Shown here: positions 1 to 11,715 of the stretch, piece after piece
Position numbering within the stretch: position 1 is the stretch's first letter
Layout of the letters: every line of letters starts with the position of its first letter
Source: Chiloscyllium plagiosum
Taxonomy: Eukaryota
Direction of reading: 5' to 3'
Length of the DNA stretch: 42,564 nucleotides
NCBI RefSeq assembly: GCF_004010195.1
Contig: NC_057720.1
Location: 30,889,350 to 30,931,913, forward strand
Notes under the pieces: model-generated
Told to the model about the DNA's origin: nothing
The model's database searches: none
The model's input: the letters and a program-made list of their open reading frames with translations, nothing else
Made by a program: the position numbers and the translations under genes

Positions 1-283
1 ACAAGGCTTGTCACTGTAGGTAAGTCCCCCGGGGCGGCTGTGGACGCCTCAGCTGCAGCTGGAGAGGGTGGGGGAGGGGTTCCTGCTTGCTGAGAGCTGT
101 GGGGTCCCTTCCCTTTGGTCATTTTTACTAAATATTAGACTGTTTAAATGTAATACTAAGCAACTAATTAAATTAAACAATTATGAATGATTTGGTGAGT
201 GTGGTGGGGGTGGGTGACCCACTTTACCCAAGTCTTGGGAAGAGCAGTATAGACTCAGACTTGCTGGGCCACCGCCATCTTGG
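1..283 (-). mobile_element. Probable 5' end (5'UTR and start of ORF1) of an L1/Tx1-like LINE running off the window start
   Basis: The minus strand begins CCAAGATGGCGG (YY1-type motif, + strand CCGCCATCTT at 272-281). An ATG at 122-120 opens MTKGKGPHSSQQAGTPPPPSPAAAEASTAAPGDLPTVTSL, which stays open to the window edge. The family call is inference. Confidence 0.4.
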
Positions 284-314
284 ATCCCCAAGCGCCACAT
301 TTCAATTGTGCTCA

Positions 315-990
315 GCCCCTGCAGTTTCTTTCCCCATCCTATGCATCCTAAACCTTGCCTAATTGCATCATAATTGCCTTTCCCCAGCTATTACTCTTGC
401 CCTGCTGTATATACCTATCCCTTTCCATCTCTAAGGTAAACATAACTGAATTGTGGTCACTATCACCAAAGTGCTCACCTACTTCCAAATCTAACATATG
501 GCCGGGTCCATTACCTATTACCAAATCCAATGTGGCCTCGCCCCTTGTTGGCCTGTCTACATAGTTTATCAGGAAACCCTCCTGCACACATTGGACAAAA
601 ACTGACTCATCTATAGTATTCCCAGTCAATATTCGGAAAGTTGAATTCCCCCATCACAACTACCCTATCACTCTCGCTCCTATTGAGATTCATCTTTGCT
701 ATCCTTTCCCTTAATCTCTGGAACAATTTGGAGCCTTATAGAAAACTCCCAACAGGGTGACCTCTCCTTTCCTGTTTCTAATCTCAGTCCATACTACCTT
801 AGTAGATGAGTCCTCAAACATCCCTTCTGCAGCCATAATACTGTCCTGATTAACAATGCCACACCCCCACCTCTTTTACCATATTCTCTGTTCTTAGTGA
901 ACATCTAAGTCCCAGAACCTGCAACAACCATTCCTGTCCCTGCTCTACCCATGTCTCTGAAATGGCCACAACATCGAAATCCCAGTTAGT
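315..990 (-). mobile_element. CR1-clade LINE fragment, AP-endonuclease region of ORF2
   Basis: Minus-strand peptides WDFDVVAISETW and YVDRPTRGEATLDLVIGN...EHFGDSDHNSV. Confidence 0.85.
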
Positions 991-1496
991 GGGATTCCAT
1001 CTCCTTCCTAACTTGTTTAGCTAAAATAATTTACATACAATTTAGTTTGTTCATCATCTTATAAACCTCAATCAAATTTCCCCTTTCTCCTTGCTTCTCT
1101 GATGTATAGAGTTATGACAAAGATCATAATCTTAGATCACCTTTGGACAAACTGAACATTAAACTGCATTGTGTGTGTTTTTTTAAAAAGAGGAGAAACC
1201 ACCAAATGTAGATATAAATGTGTGTGTTGAAAAAAAAAATTGAGCAGATCTGATTTCCATTAAAAAAAACAGGTAGCTTAATTGCAATGGCCACGCCCAA
1301 GCCGTTAATCTGAATCCTGATCAAAATGTGCCCTCAGCTTTCATCTCCGTGAAAACGAATGAGTCTAGAGAAATCTCATCCGTATGTCAACTGCTTATGG
1401 TTCTACCTGACTGACTCCTTCCAGGTTCTTGCCCGTGGACTGTGTGGAGACATTCATTGAGTCCTTCCCAAATCTGAAAGCACAAACATTTCACAA

Positions 1497-1728
1497 ATAG
1501 AGTCAAAGAGTCAAAGAGCACAGAAACAAACCCTTTGATCTAACTCATCTCCGCCAACCAGACATTTCAATCTGACCTAGTTCTATTTCCCAGCATTTGG
1601 CCCATGACCCTCTAACCCCTTCCTATTCACGTACAAATATGCACAAATCCAGATGCCTTTTAAATGTAATTGTAGCCACCTCTACCACTTCCTCTGACAG
1701 CTCATTCCATCACATACACCATCCTCTG
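1497..1728 (-). mobile_element. CR1-clade LINE 3'-end fragment
   Basis: Reverse complement resembles the 3' ORF2 end and 3'UTR of the CR1 copies ending at 27420 and 32168. Confidence 0.7.
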
Positions 1729-2990
1729 CATAGAACATAGAATATAGAACAATACAGCACAGAACAGGCCCTTCGGCCCACGATGTTGTGCCGAACATTT
1801 GTCCTAGCTTAAGCTTCCATCCATGTACCTATCCAATTGCTGCTTAAAGGTCCCACAGGCAGCGCATTCCATGCCCCCACCACTCTCTGGGTAAAGAACC
1901 TACCCCTGACATCCCCCCTATACCTTCCACCCTTCACCTTAAATTTATGTCCCCTTGTAACACTCTGTTGTACCCGGGGAAAAAGTCTCTGACTGTCTAC
2001 TCTATCTATTCCTCTGATCATCTTATAAACCTCTACCAAGTCACCCCTCATCCTTCACCGTTCCAACGAGAAAAGGCCNNNNNNNNNNNNNNNNNNNNNN
2101 NNNNNNNNNNNNNNNNNNNNNNNNNNNNNNNNNNNNNNNNNNNNNNNNNNNNNNNNNNNNNNNNNNNNNNNNNNNNNNNNNNNNNNNNNNNNNNNNNNNN
2201 NNNNNNNNNNNNNNNNNNNNNNNNNNNNNNNNNNNNNNNNNNNNNNNNNNNNNNNNNNNNNNNNNNNNNNNNNNNNNNNNNNNNNNNNNNNNNNNNNNNN
2301 NNNNNNNNNNNNNNNNNNNNNNNNNNNNNNNNNNNNNNNNNNNNNNNNNNNNNNNNNNNNNNNNNNNNNNNNNNNNNNNNNNNNNNNNNNNNNNNNNNNN
2401 NNNNNNNNNNNNNNNNNNNNNNNNNNNNNNNNNNNNNNNNNNNNNNNNNNNNNNNNNNNNNNNNNNNNNNNNNNNNNNNNNNNNNNNNNNNNNNNNNNNN
2501 NNNNNNNNNNNNNNNNNNNNNNNNNNNNNNNNNNNNNNNNNNNNNNNNNNNNNNNNNNNNNNNNNNNNNNNNNNNNNNNNNNNNNNNNNNNNNNNNNNNN
2601 NNNNNNNNNNNNNNNNNNNNNNNNNNNNNNNNNNNNNNNNNNNNNNNNNNNNNNNNNNNNNNNNNNNNNNNNNNNNNNNNNNNNNNNNNNNNNNNNNNNN
2701 NNNNNNNNNNNNNNNNNNNNNNNNNNNNNNNNNNNNNNNNNNNNNNNNNNNNNNNNNNNNNNNNNNNNNNNNNNNNNNNNNNNNNNNNNNNNNNNNNNNN
2801 NNNNNNNNNNNNNNNNNNNNNNNNNNNNNGCCTGTAATTCCCAGGGTTATCCCTATTCCCTTTTTTGAACAGGGGCACAACATTCGCCACTCTCCAGTCC
2901 CCTGGTACCACCCCCGTTGACAGTGAAGATGAAAAGATCATTGCCAACGGCTCTGCAATTTCCTCTCTTGCTTCCCACATAATCCTAGGA
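1729..2990 (-). mobile_element. CR1-clade LINE 3' portion (RT region), spanning an assembly gap
   Basis: Peptides AREEIAEPLAMIF...VPGDWRVANVVPLFKKG.R.NPGNYR and RGDLVEVYKMIRG...TRGH...FFTQRVVGAWNALP. Short-unit 3' tail (catagaa)n at 1729-1750. Confidence 0.85.
2079..2829. other. Assembly gap (751 N)
   Basis: Run of N. Confidence 1.
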
Positions 2991-3875
2991 TCAGTTCTAA
3001 TAACCAACATATTTCTAACCACACTCTCCTGATTTGAAACTTGCATTAATTACCTTTATGCTGAGCTAACCTATCCCTGAAATTCTCTGAAACCTTCTTT
3101 GAGAAGAGAAACTAAACTCAATACTGATGTCCTCTGAACTGAGCTGAAAAACCCACTCCTGAACTATTTTTTTTTTTAAAAAGCATGCTCATCAAGATTC
3201 TTCTCAACTGAAAATAAAGCTAACGGCTTTTACATGTTTCTTGTAACTATCATAATCACTACATCATTCAAACATCTTTCCATTAACACTATAGCGGTTT
3301 GGAGTCATTTGCTCTTTGACACACAATGTTCAAAAAGGACTCTGATTCTTTTTTGACAAAAGCTCTTCATGAATGTAGCAGATATCTATTTTGCTATTCA
3401 AACTCTAAAAATGATATTAATCTGTATAAATTATGCACATTTCATCACAAGAACATGAGGGGAGATATGAGAGAACAAGCAGGTTGATAACTTCAAAGAA
3501 ATAAATGACCAATGGAGCTCAATGTAATTGGGAGATTATTTCCAGAAGCAATTTCAGTTGAGTGAGGTAAAGGGAGCAAACTGTTCCCTTAAAACTAATC
3601 ATGAAGATGTATAAAGCAGCAATCCATAGTGACGCCACATAATTTTGTTTACTTCTTGTTTCATGTCACTCACTGTCATGTTAGTGCTTTTTAGAGCTAA
3701 ATGTATGAACTAAAGATGTATAGGAACTGAGATTACTCAAAGATGAAGCAACTGAGTTATAATTGTCCCCAGGCATCTTAGACTTCATAAATGCATCCAA
3801 TTCATGATATATAATACATCATGATAAATTTTATGTAAATGTGTAGATTAGATTCCATTTCAATAGACAATTTCA

Positions 3876-4167
3876 AGATTAGATTCCCTACAGTGTAGAA
3901 ACAGGCCCTTTGGCCCAACAGGACACACCGACAAGTAACCCACCCAAACTCCTTTCCCCTCTGACTAATGCACCTAATTGACAATTTAAGCATGTCCAAT
4001 TCACCTAACCTGCACATCTTTGGAAGGAAACCAGAGCACCCAGAGGAAACCCACGCAGACACAGGGAGAATGTGCAAACTCCACACAGTCACCCGAGGTT
4101 GGAATCGAACCCGGGACTCTGGTGCTGTGAGACAACAGTGCTAACCACTAAGCCACCATGCCGCCCC
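3876..4167 (-). mobile_element. HE1-type tRNA-derived V-SINE
   Basis: Reverse complement shows a tRNA-like head (TGGCTTAGTGG A box, GGTTCGATTCC B box), the V-domain TGTGTGGAGTTTGCACATTCTCCC...GGGTTTCCTC and a CR1-like tail. Confidence 0.9.
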
Positions 4168-5719
4168 TAGTGTAGTGGATATTTTGGTTGTAGAAAATAA
4201 TTCTATTTTGTTAGGCCATAGAATTCTGTTATGCCATAGAATAAAACAATCATCCAAGAAATTGTCCAATCTAGCATCATCTGTAGCAGCACGGTAGAGG
4301 CTTTGTGGTGCTCTTCTAATGTCCCAGACACTATTAGCTACATCTGGTGTGGCCCATAAGGTCTTCTGTCTAATAAGAGCACACAAGGATGCATCCCTTT
4401 TGTGCACAGGAAGTCTCCTATTTAGTGCTAACCTGACGTTGCACAGCCCAGCTCACTGAAATAATGTCTGGATCCCAAATTTTCCTCCGCATAGCATCTT
4501 TGATATTTACTCAAAAGGAAACAAGGATGAAGCTGCAAGTTTAGCCCTGCAGGATTGTTACTTAAAGCACCAGGCACTCAAATGCAGATAAATTGTTATT
4601 GGAATTTATTCAATTATAAATTGCCTGGAAATACTTTGGGGTTCTTCTGGGAATGTTTTGGTGAATCTCCGGATTTGTCAGTGGGTGTTGCTTAACAGGG
4701 ATCACAGGGGAGTAGGTACCCTTTGTTCACAAAAACTGCAAAAGGCCAGGGTGCACCAATGGCAATGCCTCTGGATCTGCAGCACTCTCAGGAAATAAAG
4801 CAGAGGCAGAGGAGAGAGAAGGCTCCATTCCATATCCTACCATGTCAGAGCCAAACTCCTTCATGTTCCTTGAAAGTGACATCAGTTTGCCTGACAGGCC
4901 CACCAATGCACCCAGAATCTTTGTGAGCATGTCCTTTGAGCTCACTCTCCATCATACCATTGAGTTCCTCATCTGAGGCTGTGCCTTTATTGTCAATGTT
5001 CACAGGGATGGCAGAACCACAAGCTTTATCAAAACAGCCCATGATGCAAAGATCTATCATTTCCATGGACCCAGGTAATGCAGCCATTGTTTCTTTGTCC
5101 CCTACTGCTTCCTTCTATTGTGTGCCCAAAATGCCTCACTGCAGACCCATGGCATCTATCCTGCTCACCTTCACCAGAAGTCCTCCAGGATCACATCTGT
5201 CACGATGTATCCTTGTGTTTAGCCTGAGGTCCACCGAACAATAATTTACACTATAGTGACAATGTTATGCAACTTCTCTTTAAGATGCTACCAGCCTTTA
5301 AGATAAGCTGTACTATAACTCTACTGGGCATGCCGATCACGGACGGTGGTTGCAGGAAGCATTTAGCAATTGAAAGCAATGTGGGAGTCACTTAGGCCAA
5401 TGTTAGTCATTTGAGGTGGGCCCATGAGATTTGTGTCACTTCAAGCCGAGCAGGTGCAGGCATATCACCAAAGAGGCCCTGTAACTACTAAGTGAGGCTA
5501 ACCAAGCCCAAATATTCCTAGAATTTTCATAGGCTTTTCCTAATAAGGCACGGCTAAAAAAGTATTTTGATCAAAGCTTTGTAAGGATGATGACAAAGTA
5601 GTTAAATTACCCGAAATGCATTCTACTTCTATGGAAGCATTATTGTATGGACCTGCATCAAACCAACCAATGTCACACAGCCAGCTAGCCTTTGTTAAAT
5701 AGATGGCTGATTGTAGACG

Positions 5720-6836
5720 TGCTGAAAAGTTTGGTGCTGGAAAAGCACAGCAGGTGAAGAAGCATCCGAGAAACAGGAGACTCGACGTTTTGAGCATGAA
5801 CTCCTCCCGAGGAATGGGGGGGGAATGGGAGGAAGGCAGGGGGATGGGGGGGGGGGAAGATGAAATTAGGATGCTGGTGAAATCCACATTGATCCCACGT
5901 GGTTGGAAGGTCCCAAGACAGAAGATGAGGCGTTATTCTTCCAGATGTTGGGTGGCTAGAGTTTGGTGGTGGAGGATGCCAAGGACTTGCTTGTGGAGTG
6001 GGAGGGGGAGTTGAAGTGATCAGCCACAGGGCAGTGGGGTTGATTGGTGCGTGTGTGCCAGAGATGTTCTCTGAAACGTTCTGCAAGTTGGCGTCCTGTC
6101 TCCCCGAAGTAGAGCAACGGACACAGTAAATGACATGTGTGGAAGTACAGGTAAACCTCTGACAGATGTGGAAAGATCCTTTGGGGCATTGTACGGAAGT
6201 GAGGGGGAAGTGTGGGCGTAGGTTTTGCACTTCTTGCAGTGGCAAGGGAAGGTGCCTGGACTACACCTCCTCCCATCCTGCCTCCTTCAAAAATGCTATC
6301 CCTTACTCCCAATTCCTGTGCTCCGACCTACCACCTATATCTACCTATCGCATTCCCAGCTACCTTCTTCCCATTCCCACCCCCCTCCCATTTATCTCTC
6401 AGCCCCCTTGGGCCTCCCCCACATTCCTGAAGAGCTTATGGGCGGCACGGTGGCACAGTGGTTAGCACTGCTGCCTCACAGCACCGGAGACCCGGGTTCA
6501 ATTCCCGCCTCAGGCGACTGACTGTGTGGAGTTTGCACATTCTCCCCGTGTCTGCGTGGGTTTCCTCCGGGTGCTCCGGTTTCCTCCCACAGTCCAAAGA
6601 TGTGTAGGTCAGGTGAATTGGCCATGCTAAATTGCCCATAGTGTTAGGTAAGGGGTAAATGTAGGGGAATAGGTGGGTTGCGCTTCGGCGGGTCAGTGTG
6701 GACTTGTTGGGCCGAAGGGCCTGTTTCCACACTGTAATGTAATCCAAAAAAAAATCTAATCTAAAAAAAAACATCGACTCTCCTGCTCCTCGGCTGCTGC
6801 TTGACCGGCTATTCTTTTCCAGCACCACATTTTTCG
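5720..6836 (-). mobile_element. Penelope-like element remnant with inverted terminal arms and a decayed GIY-YIG fragment, interrupted by a SINE
   Basis: Minus-strand FTCTSTHVIYCVRC...YFGETGRQLAERFREHL...HFNS. The terminal GTGCTGGAAAAG module near 5733 is inverted near 6815-6828. Confidence 0.8.
6440..6765 (+). mobile_element. HE1-type V-SINE, well preserved with CpGs retained
   Basis: GGGCGGCACGGTGGCACAGTGG (A box), GGGTTCAATTCC (B box), V-domain, and tail GGGCCGAAGGGCCTGTTTCCACACTGT...aatctaatct. Confidence 0.95.
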
Positions 6837-7084
6837 AATTTTATCACATTACCCTATTCTGTAATACCCAACAACAAACAAGTGAACACAACTGGTTCTT
6901 CTGGCAGGACTTGAATGGTGGAACCACAGGTAACTTCCTCACACTCTTAAAGCAGCTTTGAACATGCTGTGTTTCAATCACTTTGAGAGTGATAGTTCAT
7001 CCTTAGTATTAACATAAATATCAAATCAATGATTCAATGTTTTTTTTTTAAAAAATCATAGTTCAGGGGTCTAAAACCACCTTT

Positions 7085-7232
7085 CCAGAGTGTAGTGCTG
7101 GAAAAGCACAGCAGGTCAGGCAGCATCCAAGGAGCAGGAGAATCGACTTTTTGGGCATAAGCCCTTCATCAGCCTTTTCCAGCACTACGCTCTCAACTCT
7201 GAGCTCCACATCTGCAGCGCTCACTTTCTCCC
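7085..7232. mobile_element. Miniature fold-back Penelope-end insert
   Basis: Arms AGAGTGTAGTGCTGGAAAAG / CTTTTCCAGCACTACGCTCT (1 mismatch). Minus strand has CTGATGA-agggc-ttat-gccc-(c)AAAA, a hammerhead with mutated GAAA. Degenerate TSD taaaaccacctt (7072-7083) / taaaatcacctt (7235-7246). Confidence 0.75.
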
Positions 7233-7303
7233 TATAAAATCACCTTGCCCTATGAAATGTAAACTCCATGAAAACACTGATATTGATTTATTGAAACACA
7301 AAT

Positions 7304-7377
7304 CCCTGAAAAGCTTGTAATTAAAAAGAAAACTGAAAGGCCCTGAAAAGCTTGTAATTAAAAAGAAAACTGAAAGG
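7304..7377 (+). repeat. Perfect 37-bp tandem duplication
   Basis: CCCTGAAAAGCTTGTAATTAAAAAGAAAACTGAAAGG at 7304-7340 and 7341-7377. Confidence 0.95.
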
Positions 7378-7423
7378 ACTGCGAATGCTGTAAATGAGAA
7401 ATAGAAACTGCTGGGAAGCTCAG

Positions 7424-7465
7424 CAGAACTGAAGAAGGGTCACTCCACCCGAAACGTTAATTCTG
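7424..7465 (+). ncRNA. Minimal hammerhead-ribozyme motif inside a second-family fold-back Penelope end (about 7365-7525)
   Basis: CTGAAGA (7429-7435), stem II gggt/accc, GAAA (7451-7454), palindromic AACGTT. Flanked by inverted arms agaaactgctgggaagctcagc / gctgagcaatttccagcgatttct. Confidence 0.6.
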
Positions 7466-7765
7466 ATTTTTCTCCACAGATGCTGCCAGACCCGCTGAGC
7501 AATTTCCAGCGATTTCTGTTTTTTTGTGCCCAAAAAAGCTCTTCCTGCTTTCTTTGATTATTTTGCAAATAATTAACCATCACTTAATTTGGTCAAACAC
7601 AATTTTCTTCCTTTCAGAAGCGCGGGCGGGAGGGGGTCAGATCCCGGTACCGGTTATGTTATGGGATATAACATAACCCATCTGTGGAACTAGGGGAATC
7701 ACTCGCATAAATCACTTGTCTGCTCATGTCACTTAACAATTTGCAGGACATGTACACATTTTAGC

Positions 7766-8265
7766 NNNNNNNNNNNNNNNNNNNNNNNNNNNNNNNNNNN
7801 NNNNNNNNNNNNNNNNNNNNNNNNNNNNNNNNNNNNNNNNNNNNNNNNNNNNNNNNNNNNNNNNNNNNNNNNNNNNNNNNNNNNNNNNNNNNNNNNNNNN
7901 NNNNNNNNNNNNNNNNNNNNNNNNNNNNNNNNNNNNNNNNNNNNNNNNNNNNNNNNNNNNNNNNNNNNNNNNNNNNNNNNNNNNNNNNNNNNNNNNNNNN
8001 NNNNNNNNNNNNNNNNNNNNNNNNNNNNNNNNNNNNNNNNNNNNNNNNNNNNNNNNNNNNNNNNNNNNNNNNNNNNNNNNNNNNNNNNNNNNNNNNNNNN
8101 NNNNNNNNNNNNNNNNNNNNNNNNNNNNNNNNNNNNNNNNNNNNNNNNNNNNNNNNNNNNNNNNNNNNNNNNNNNNNNNNNNNNNNNNNNNNNNNNNNNN
8201 NNNNNNNNNNNNNNNNNNNNNNNNNNNNNNNNNNNNNNNNNNNNNNNNNNNNNNNNNNNNNNNNN
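7766..8265. other. Assembly gap (500 N)
   Basis: Run of N. Confidence 1.
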
Positions 8266-8532
8266 AGCCCCCATGAATGTCCTGTACAACCTCAACATGA
8301 TGTCCCAACTTCTGTACTCCAACGTCAGAGCAAAGAAGGCAAGCATGCTAAATGCCTTCTTAACCACCCTGTCTACATGTGATGCAAATTTCAAAGAATT
8401 ATGTACCTAAAACGTAGGTCTCTCTGTTCTACAAAACTACCCAGAGCCCTATCGTTAACTGTAGAAGTTCTGCCCTTGTTTGTTTTATAGAAATGCAATA
8501 CCTTGCATTTATCCAAATTAAACTCCATCTGC
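8266..8532 (-). mobile_element. CR1-clade LINE fragment (C-terminal to RT)
   Basis: QMEFNLDKCKVLHF...EQRDL and VDRVVKKAFSML...EYRSWDIMLRLYRT. Confidence 0.85.
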
Positions 8533-8884
8533 GTAAAGTGGCAATTGAATTTTTGTGCCAGAGTGATGCCGGGTATGTAGGCTGTATGTTCCAAAAACCA
8601 GCAGATCATATCAAACATCATATCCTTTGGCTATTTACAAAAAGCAAGGTGAGACTTTACCCCAACCAGATTGCACTTACAAAACTTGCAACATAGTCTC
8701 CAATAGTGAATATAAATTGTAAAGAATGAGAAATGGATACAGGACTATAAGGTATAATACATGTCAGAGGTTCTAACACATTTGCGCACCAAGCATCTCG
8801 AGTTAATGGCAGTCTTGTATTGCTATCTTTGATGCACGTAGGATAATTGGCGGCCTCAGTAACATCAGTGCTTTTTGATTGTAG

Positions 8885-9123
8885 GTTCCTTGATTCTCTC
8901 TTTGCCAATTATCATGTACCAGAAGATTGAAAAAGGTTACTGGTATGGACCAAGAACATATTGTGCTGAGGCATTTCCATCAGATTCCCATCAGAAAGGC
9001 TTCATACTGTACCACTTCCTTGCTGTCTATCTTCTGCCTTTGCTCACCATCTCTTTGTGCTACTCCCTGATGTTAAAGAGAGTTGGACAACCTGTTGTTG
9101 AACCCATTGACAACAACTATCAG
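8885..9123 (+). CDS. kiss1r: Kisspeptin receptor (GPR54/KISS1R family, Kissr2/gpr54-2-like), internal coding exon 4 (end of TM4, ECL2, TM5, ICL3)
   Basis: Acceptor ttgtAG|gt at 8883-8884 and donor CAG|GTgtgt at 9124. The 239-bp exon runs phase 1 to phase 0. It translates (G)SLILSLPIIMYQKIEKGYWYGPRTYCAEAFPSDSHQKGFILYHFLAVYLLPLLTISLCYSLMLKRVGQPVVEPIDNNYQ, which matches the GYWYGPR.YC / YLLP / KRVGQP.VEP.DNNYQ signature I recall for fish and amphibian kisspeptin receptors. Confidence 0.95.
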
Positions 9124-9757
9124 GTGTGTGCAAAATTTAATTCATTTCTTAAGCTAAACATCAAAAGGGAATTTTCATCGATAATTTGGTCTCTAGATGG
9201 CGTACCTTAGCCTTCGAAGGAAAGGGGGAACGTGGTAATAAAAGCGATGACTTATGTTTTGGCTGAGTTTTCTTTCTAAACGTTGACAAGAACTATCAGG
9301 TTTGCTTTCTAACTAGTCGTGTGCTGTCATTTTTTAAAATCTGAAAACTGTTTCACCCGAAACTCAAACCTCACTATTGAATTTCATATTTGATCATGTC
9401 AGCTGAAATCTTTTATTAAAAGCAAACTGACATTACAAAGGGGAGTGGCCAGTGGTAACTTGCAACAATGAACGACGATTTACAAAATTGATCTTCGTAC
9501 TCTCTGAGGGTTCAAGAAAGGGAAGTAAGCAAAGTTAAAACAGCTGGAAGACCAGAGTGTCCTAACAGTCTGCAACTTAGATTTCAATAAGAACGGTTAG
9601 ACCTTCCATTGAAAACCTCAATCCAAAATGTAGAATTATTTTTTCAAAATCTTGGACAGAAAGCTTCATGGTGGTATAAGCTGGCTGTAAAGATTTTTGT
9701 ACAGTTGTAGTGCCAATCAGAGGCTATCATGTTCCCAGGAAAACCAATTTCAGCTTT

Positions 9758-9890
9758 AATTTGGAGGAGCCAATGTTGGACTGGGGTGGACAAAGCTAAA
9801 AATGACACAACACCAGGTTATAGTCCAACAGATTTATTTGGAAGCACACTAGCTTTCAAAGTGCTGCTCCATCTTCAGGTGGTTGTGGAC
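9758..9890 (-). mobile_element. Diverged Penelope terminal module (same family as 20519-20654)
   Basis: TGTTGGACTGGGGTGGACAAAG...CACCAGGTTATAGTCCAACAG...CACTAGCTTTC. The hammerhead stem II is degraded. Confidence 0.8.
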
Positions 9891-10369
9891 CAGAATCGGA
9901 CAAAGCTGGGTTCAGCTTTGTAAGTCCTACAATAATCAGACATTAATATGTAGAAGGGTCAGAACCAGCTAAACTGCTCCATTGTACAGGAGTAAGAAAT
10001 TAATCTTCTTGTGCCTTGTATTAAAAGGATTGTAGAATTATGTAGATTTACAGAGTAAAATTAATGGCAATATAAACTGAAAATGCTGGAAATATGACAC
10101 AATCTGTGAAGAGAGAAACAGGATTGATGTTTCAGATCAATAATCCTTAGAAGTAAAATTAAGGCCAACATGGCCAAAGTTTCTTTATAATTTCAACTTT
10201 TTGCTTTACACACTATGTTGAATGTGATTATCAAATCAAAAAGGTGGATTTTTGTAACTGGACTGAGCTTACAATGATGAAATAAATGGATAGTTTCATA
10301 ATCAGGCTATAGATAGTTACATAGTCAGGCTTTCTTGAGGGAAATATTGATTTGATTGTCTCACTATTG

Positions 10370-11011
10370 AAGTTGATTGGAGAGGAGGGTAGAGCAGATA
10401 GGTGGGAAGGAAGATGGACAGGTAGGACTGCTCAGGAGAGCGGTGCCGAGTTGGAAGGTTGGGACTAGCATAAGATGGGGGGAGAGGAAATAGGGAAACT
10501 GGTGAAATCCACATTGAAACGGTGTGGCCAGAGTGTCCCAAAGCAGAAGATGAGGCATTCTTCCTCCAGGCGTCAGTGGCAAGAGTTTGGCCGTGGAGGA
10601 GGCCAAGGACTTGCATGTTCTTGGCGAAGATTGTGTAGCTGAAGACCTTCAGGGCAGAGGAGAGGACCTGGGGGGGTACAGTGAGAGAAGGAACCACTAA
10701 GATCCTTATGAAGGGAGGAGGAGATCTTTTTCAAGGTATGCATCTTTGGAAGAAACTTTGCAGTAAGGTTAAAATCAACTATAGAAAGTGAGGACTGCTC
10801 CACCAAGGACATGCAGGTCCAGGGCCTCCTTCATCTCCAAACCCTTACCACCCAATGCCTGGATGAAGAATGCCTCATCTTCCACTTTGGGACAGGCCAG
10901 CCACATGGAATCAATATGGATTTCACCAGTTTCCCTATTTCCTCTCCCCCACCATATGCCAGTCCCAACCTTCCAACTTAGCACCGCCCTCTTGAACGGT
11001 CCTACCTGTCC
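10370..11011. mobile_element. Penelope-like remnant arranged as a ~210-bp inverted repeat
   Basis: 10416-10626 is the diverged reverse complement of 10801-11011. The sequence resembles the Penelope remnants at 5870-6000 and 38090-38340. Confidence 0.75.
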
Positions 11012-11424
11012 TTGAGAGAAAGTACGGCAGAAAACGGAGCAGCCAAACAACCACCAGAGATCACAGTAGGACAAGACCAGGAAATAATGACAAAAAAACT
11101 GACAGAATGTGTAGCAGACTCTGGTGGTAAACAAAACTGCCAGAAGTCAGAGAGGATAGGCGCCTGTGTTAGGTGCACCAGACAGAGATCAGAGTAGGCA
11201 GATACTAGTGTTAAATGGGACCTACAGAAATGATGCCAAATGGCCTTGACCAATACGTGAAATAGGCGGAGAAATGTTTAACCTAAGCCCTGACATTGCT
11301 CTGCAAGCTAACCTTGTTGTGAAGTCCTTCCACTGCCCAAGTTTCTTTGCCACCTAGAGAACCCAAACCAGGCTGCACTATCTGCAACTGGCACTGATAA
11401 TTTCAACCGGAGAAGATTTGTGAA

Positions 11425-11715
11425 TAACAAAGAAAATTACAGCACAGGAACAGGCCCCTCGGCCCTCCAAGCCTGCACCGATCCAGATCCTCTATCTAAA
11501 CCTGGCGCCTATTTTCTAAGGATCTGTATCCCTCTGCTCCCTGCCATTCATGTATCTGTCTAGATACATCTTCAATGACACTATTGTGCCCACCGCTACC
11601 ACCTCGGCTGGCAATGTGTTTCAGGCAACCATCACCCTCTGCATAAAGAACTTTCCATGTAAATCTCCCTTAAACTTTTCCCTTCTCATCTGGAACTCAT
11701 GACCCCTAGTAACTG
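11425..11715 (-). mobile_element. CR1-clade LINE 3'-end fragment
   Basis: Reverse complement resembles the 3' end of the CR1 copy at 18040-18307 (GGCTTGGAGGGCCGAGGGGCCTGTTCCTGTGCTGTAATTTTCTTTGTT). Confidence 0.8.

Noticed and set aside
1..25. Splice donor AG|GTAAGT as the end of kiss1r exon 3
   Set aside because: The upstream translation does not resemble the expected TM4 ...IWIG end. The region reads better as a minus-strand element 5' end.
1947..3046. Long ORFs of 190-350 aa here and at the other three gaps
   Set aside because: They are open only because they run through N.
6440..6515. tRNA gene
   Set aside because: The A and B boxes are the head of an HE1 SINE and continue directly into the V-domain.
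8875..9210. Standalone 111-aa ORF
   Set aside because: Receptor similarity stops at the GT donor at 9124, and the TTG start lies in the intron; this is exon 4.
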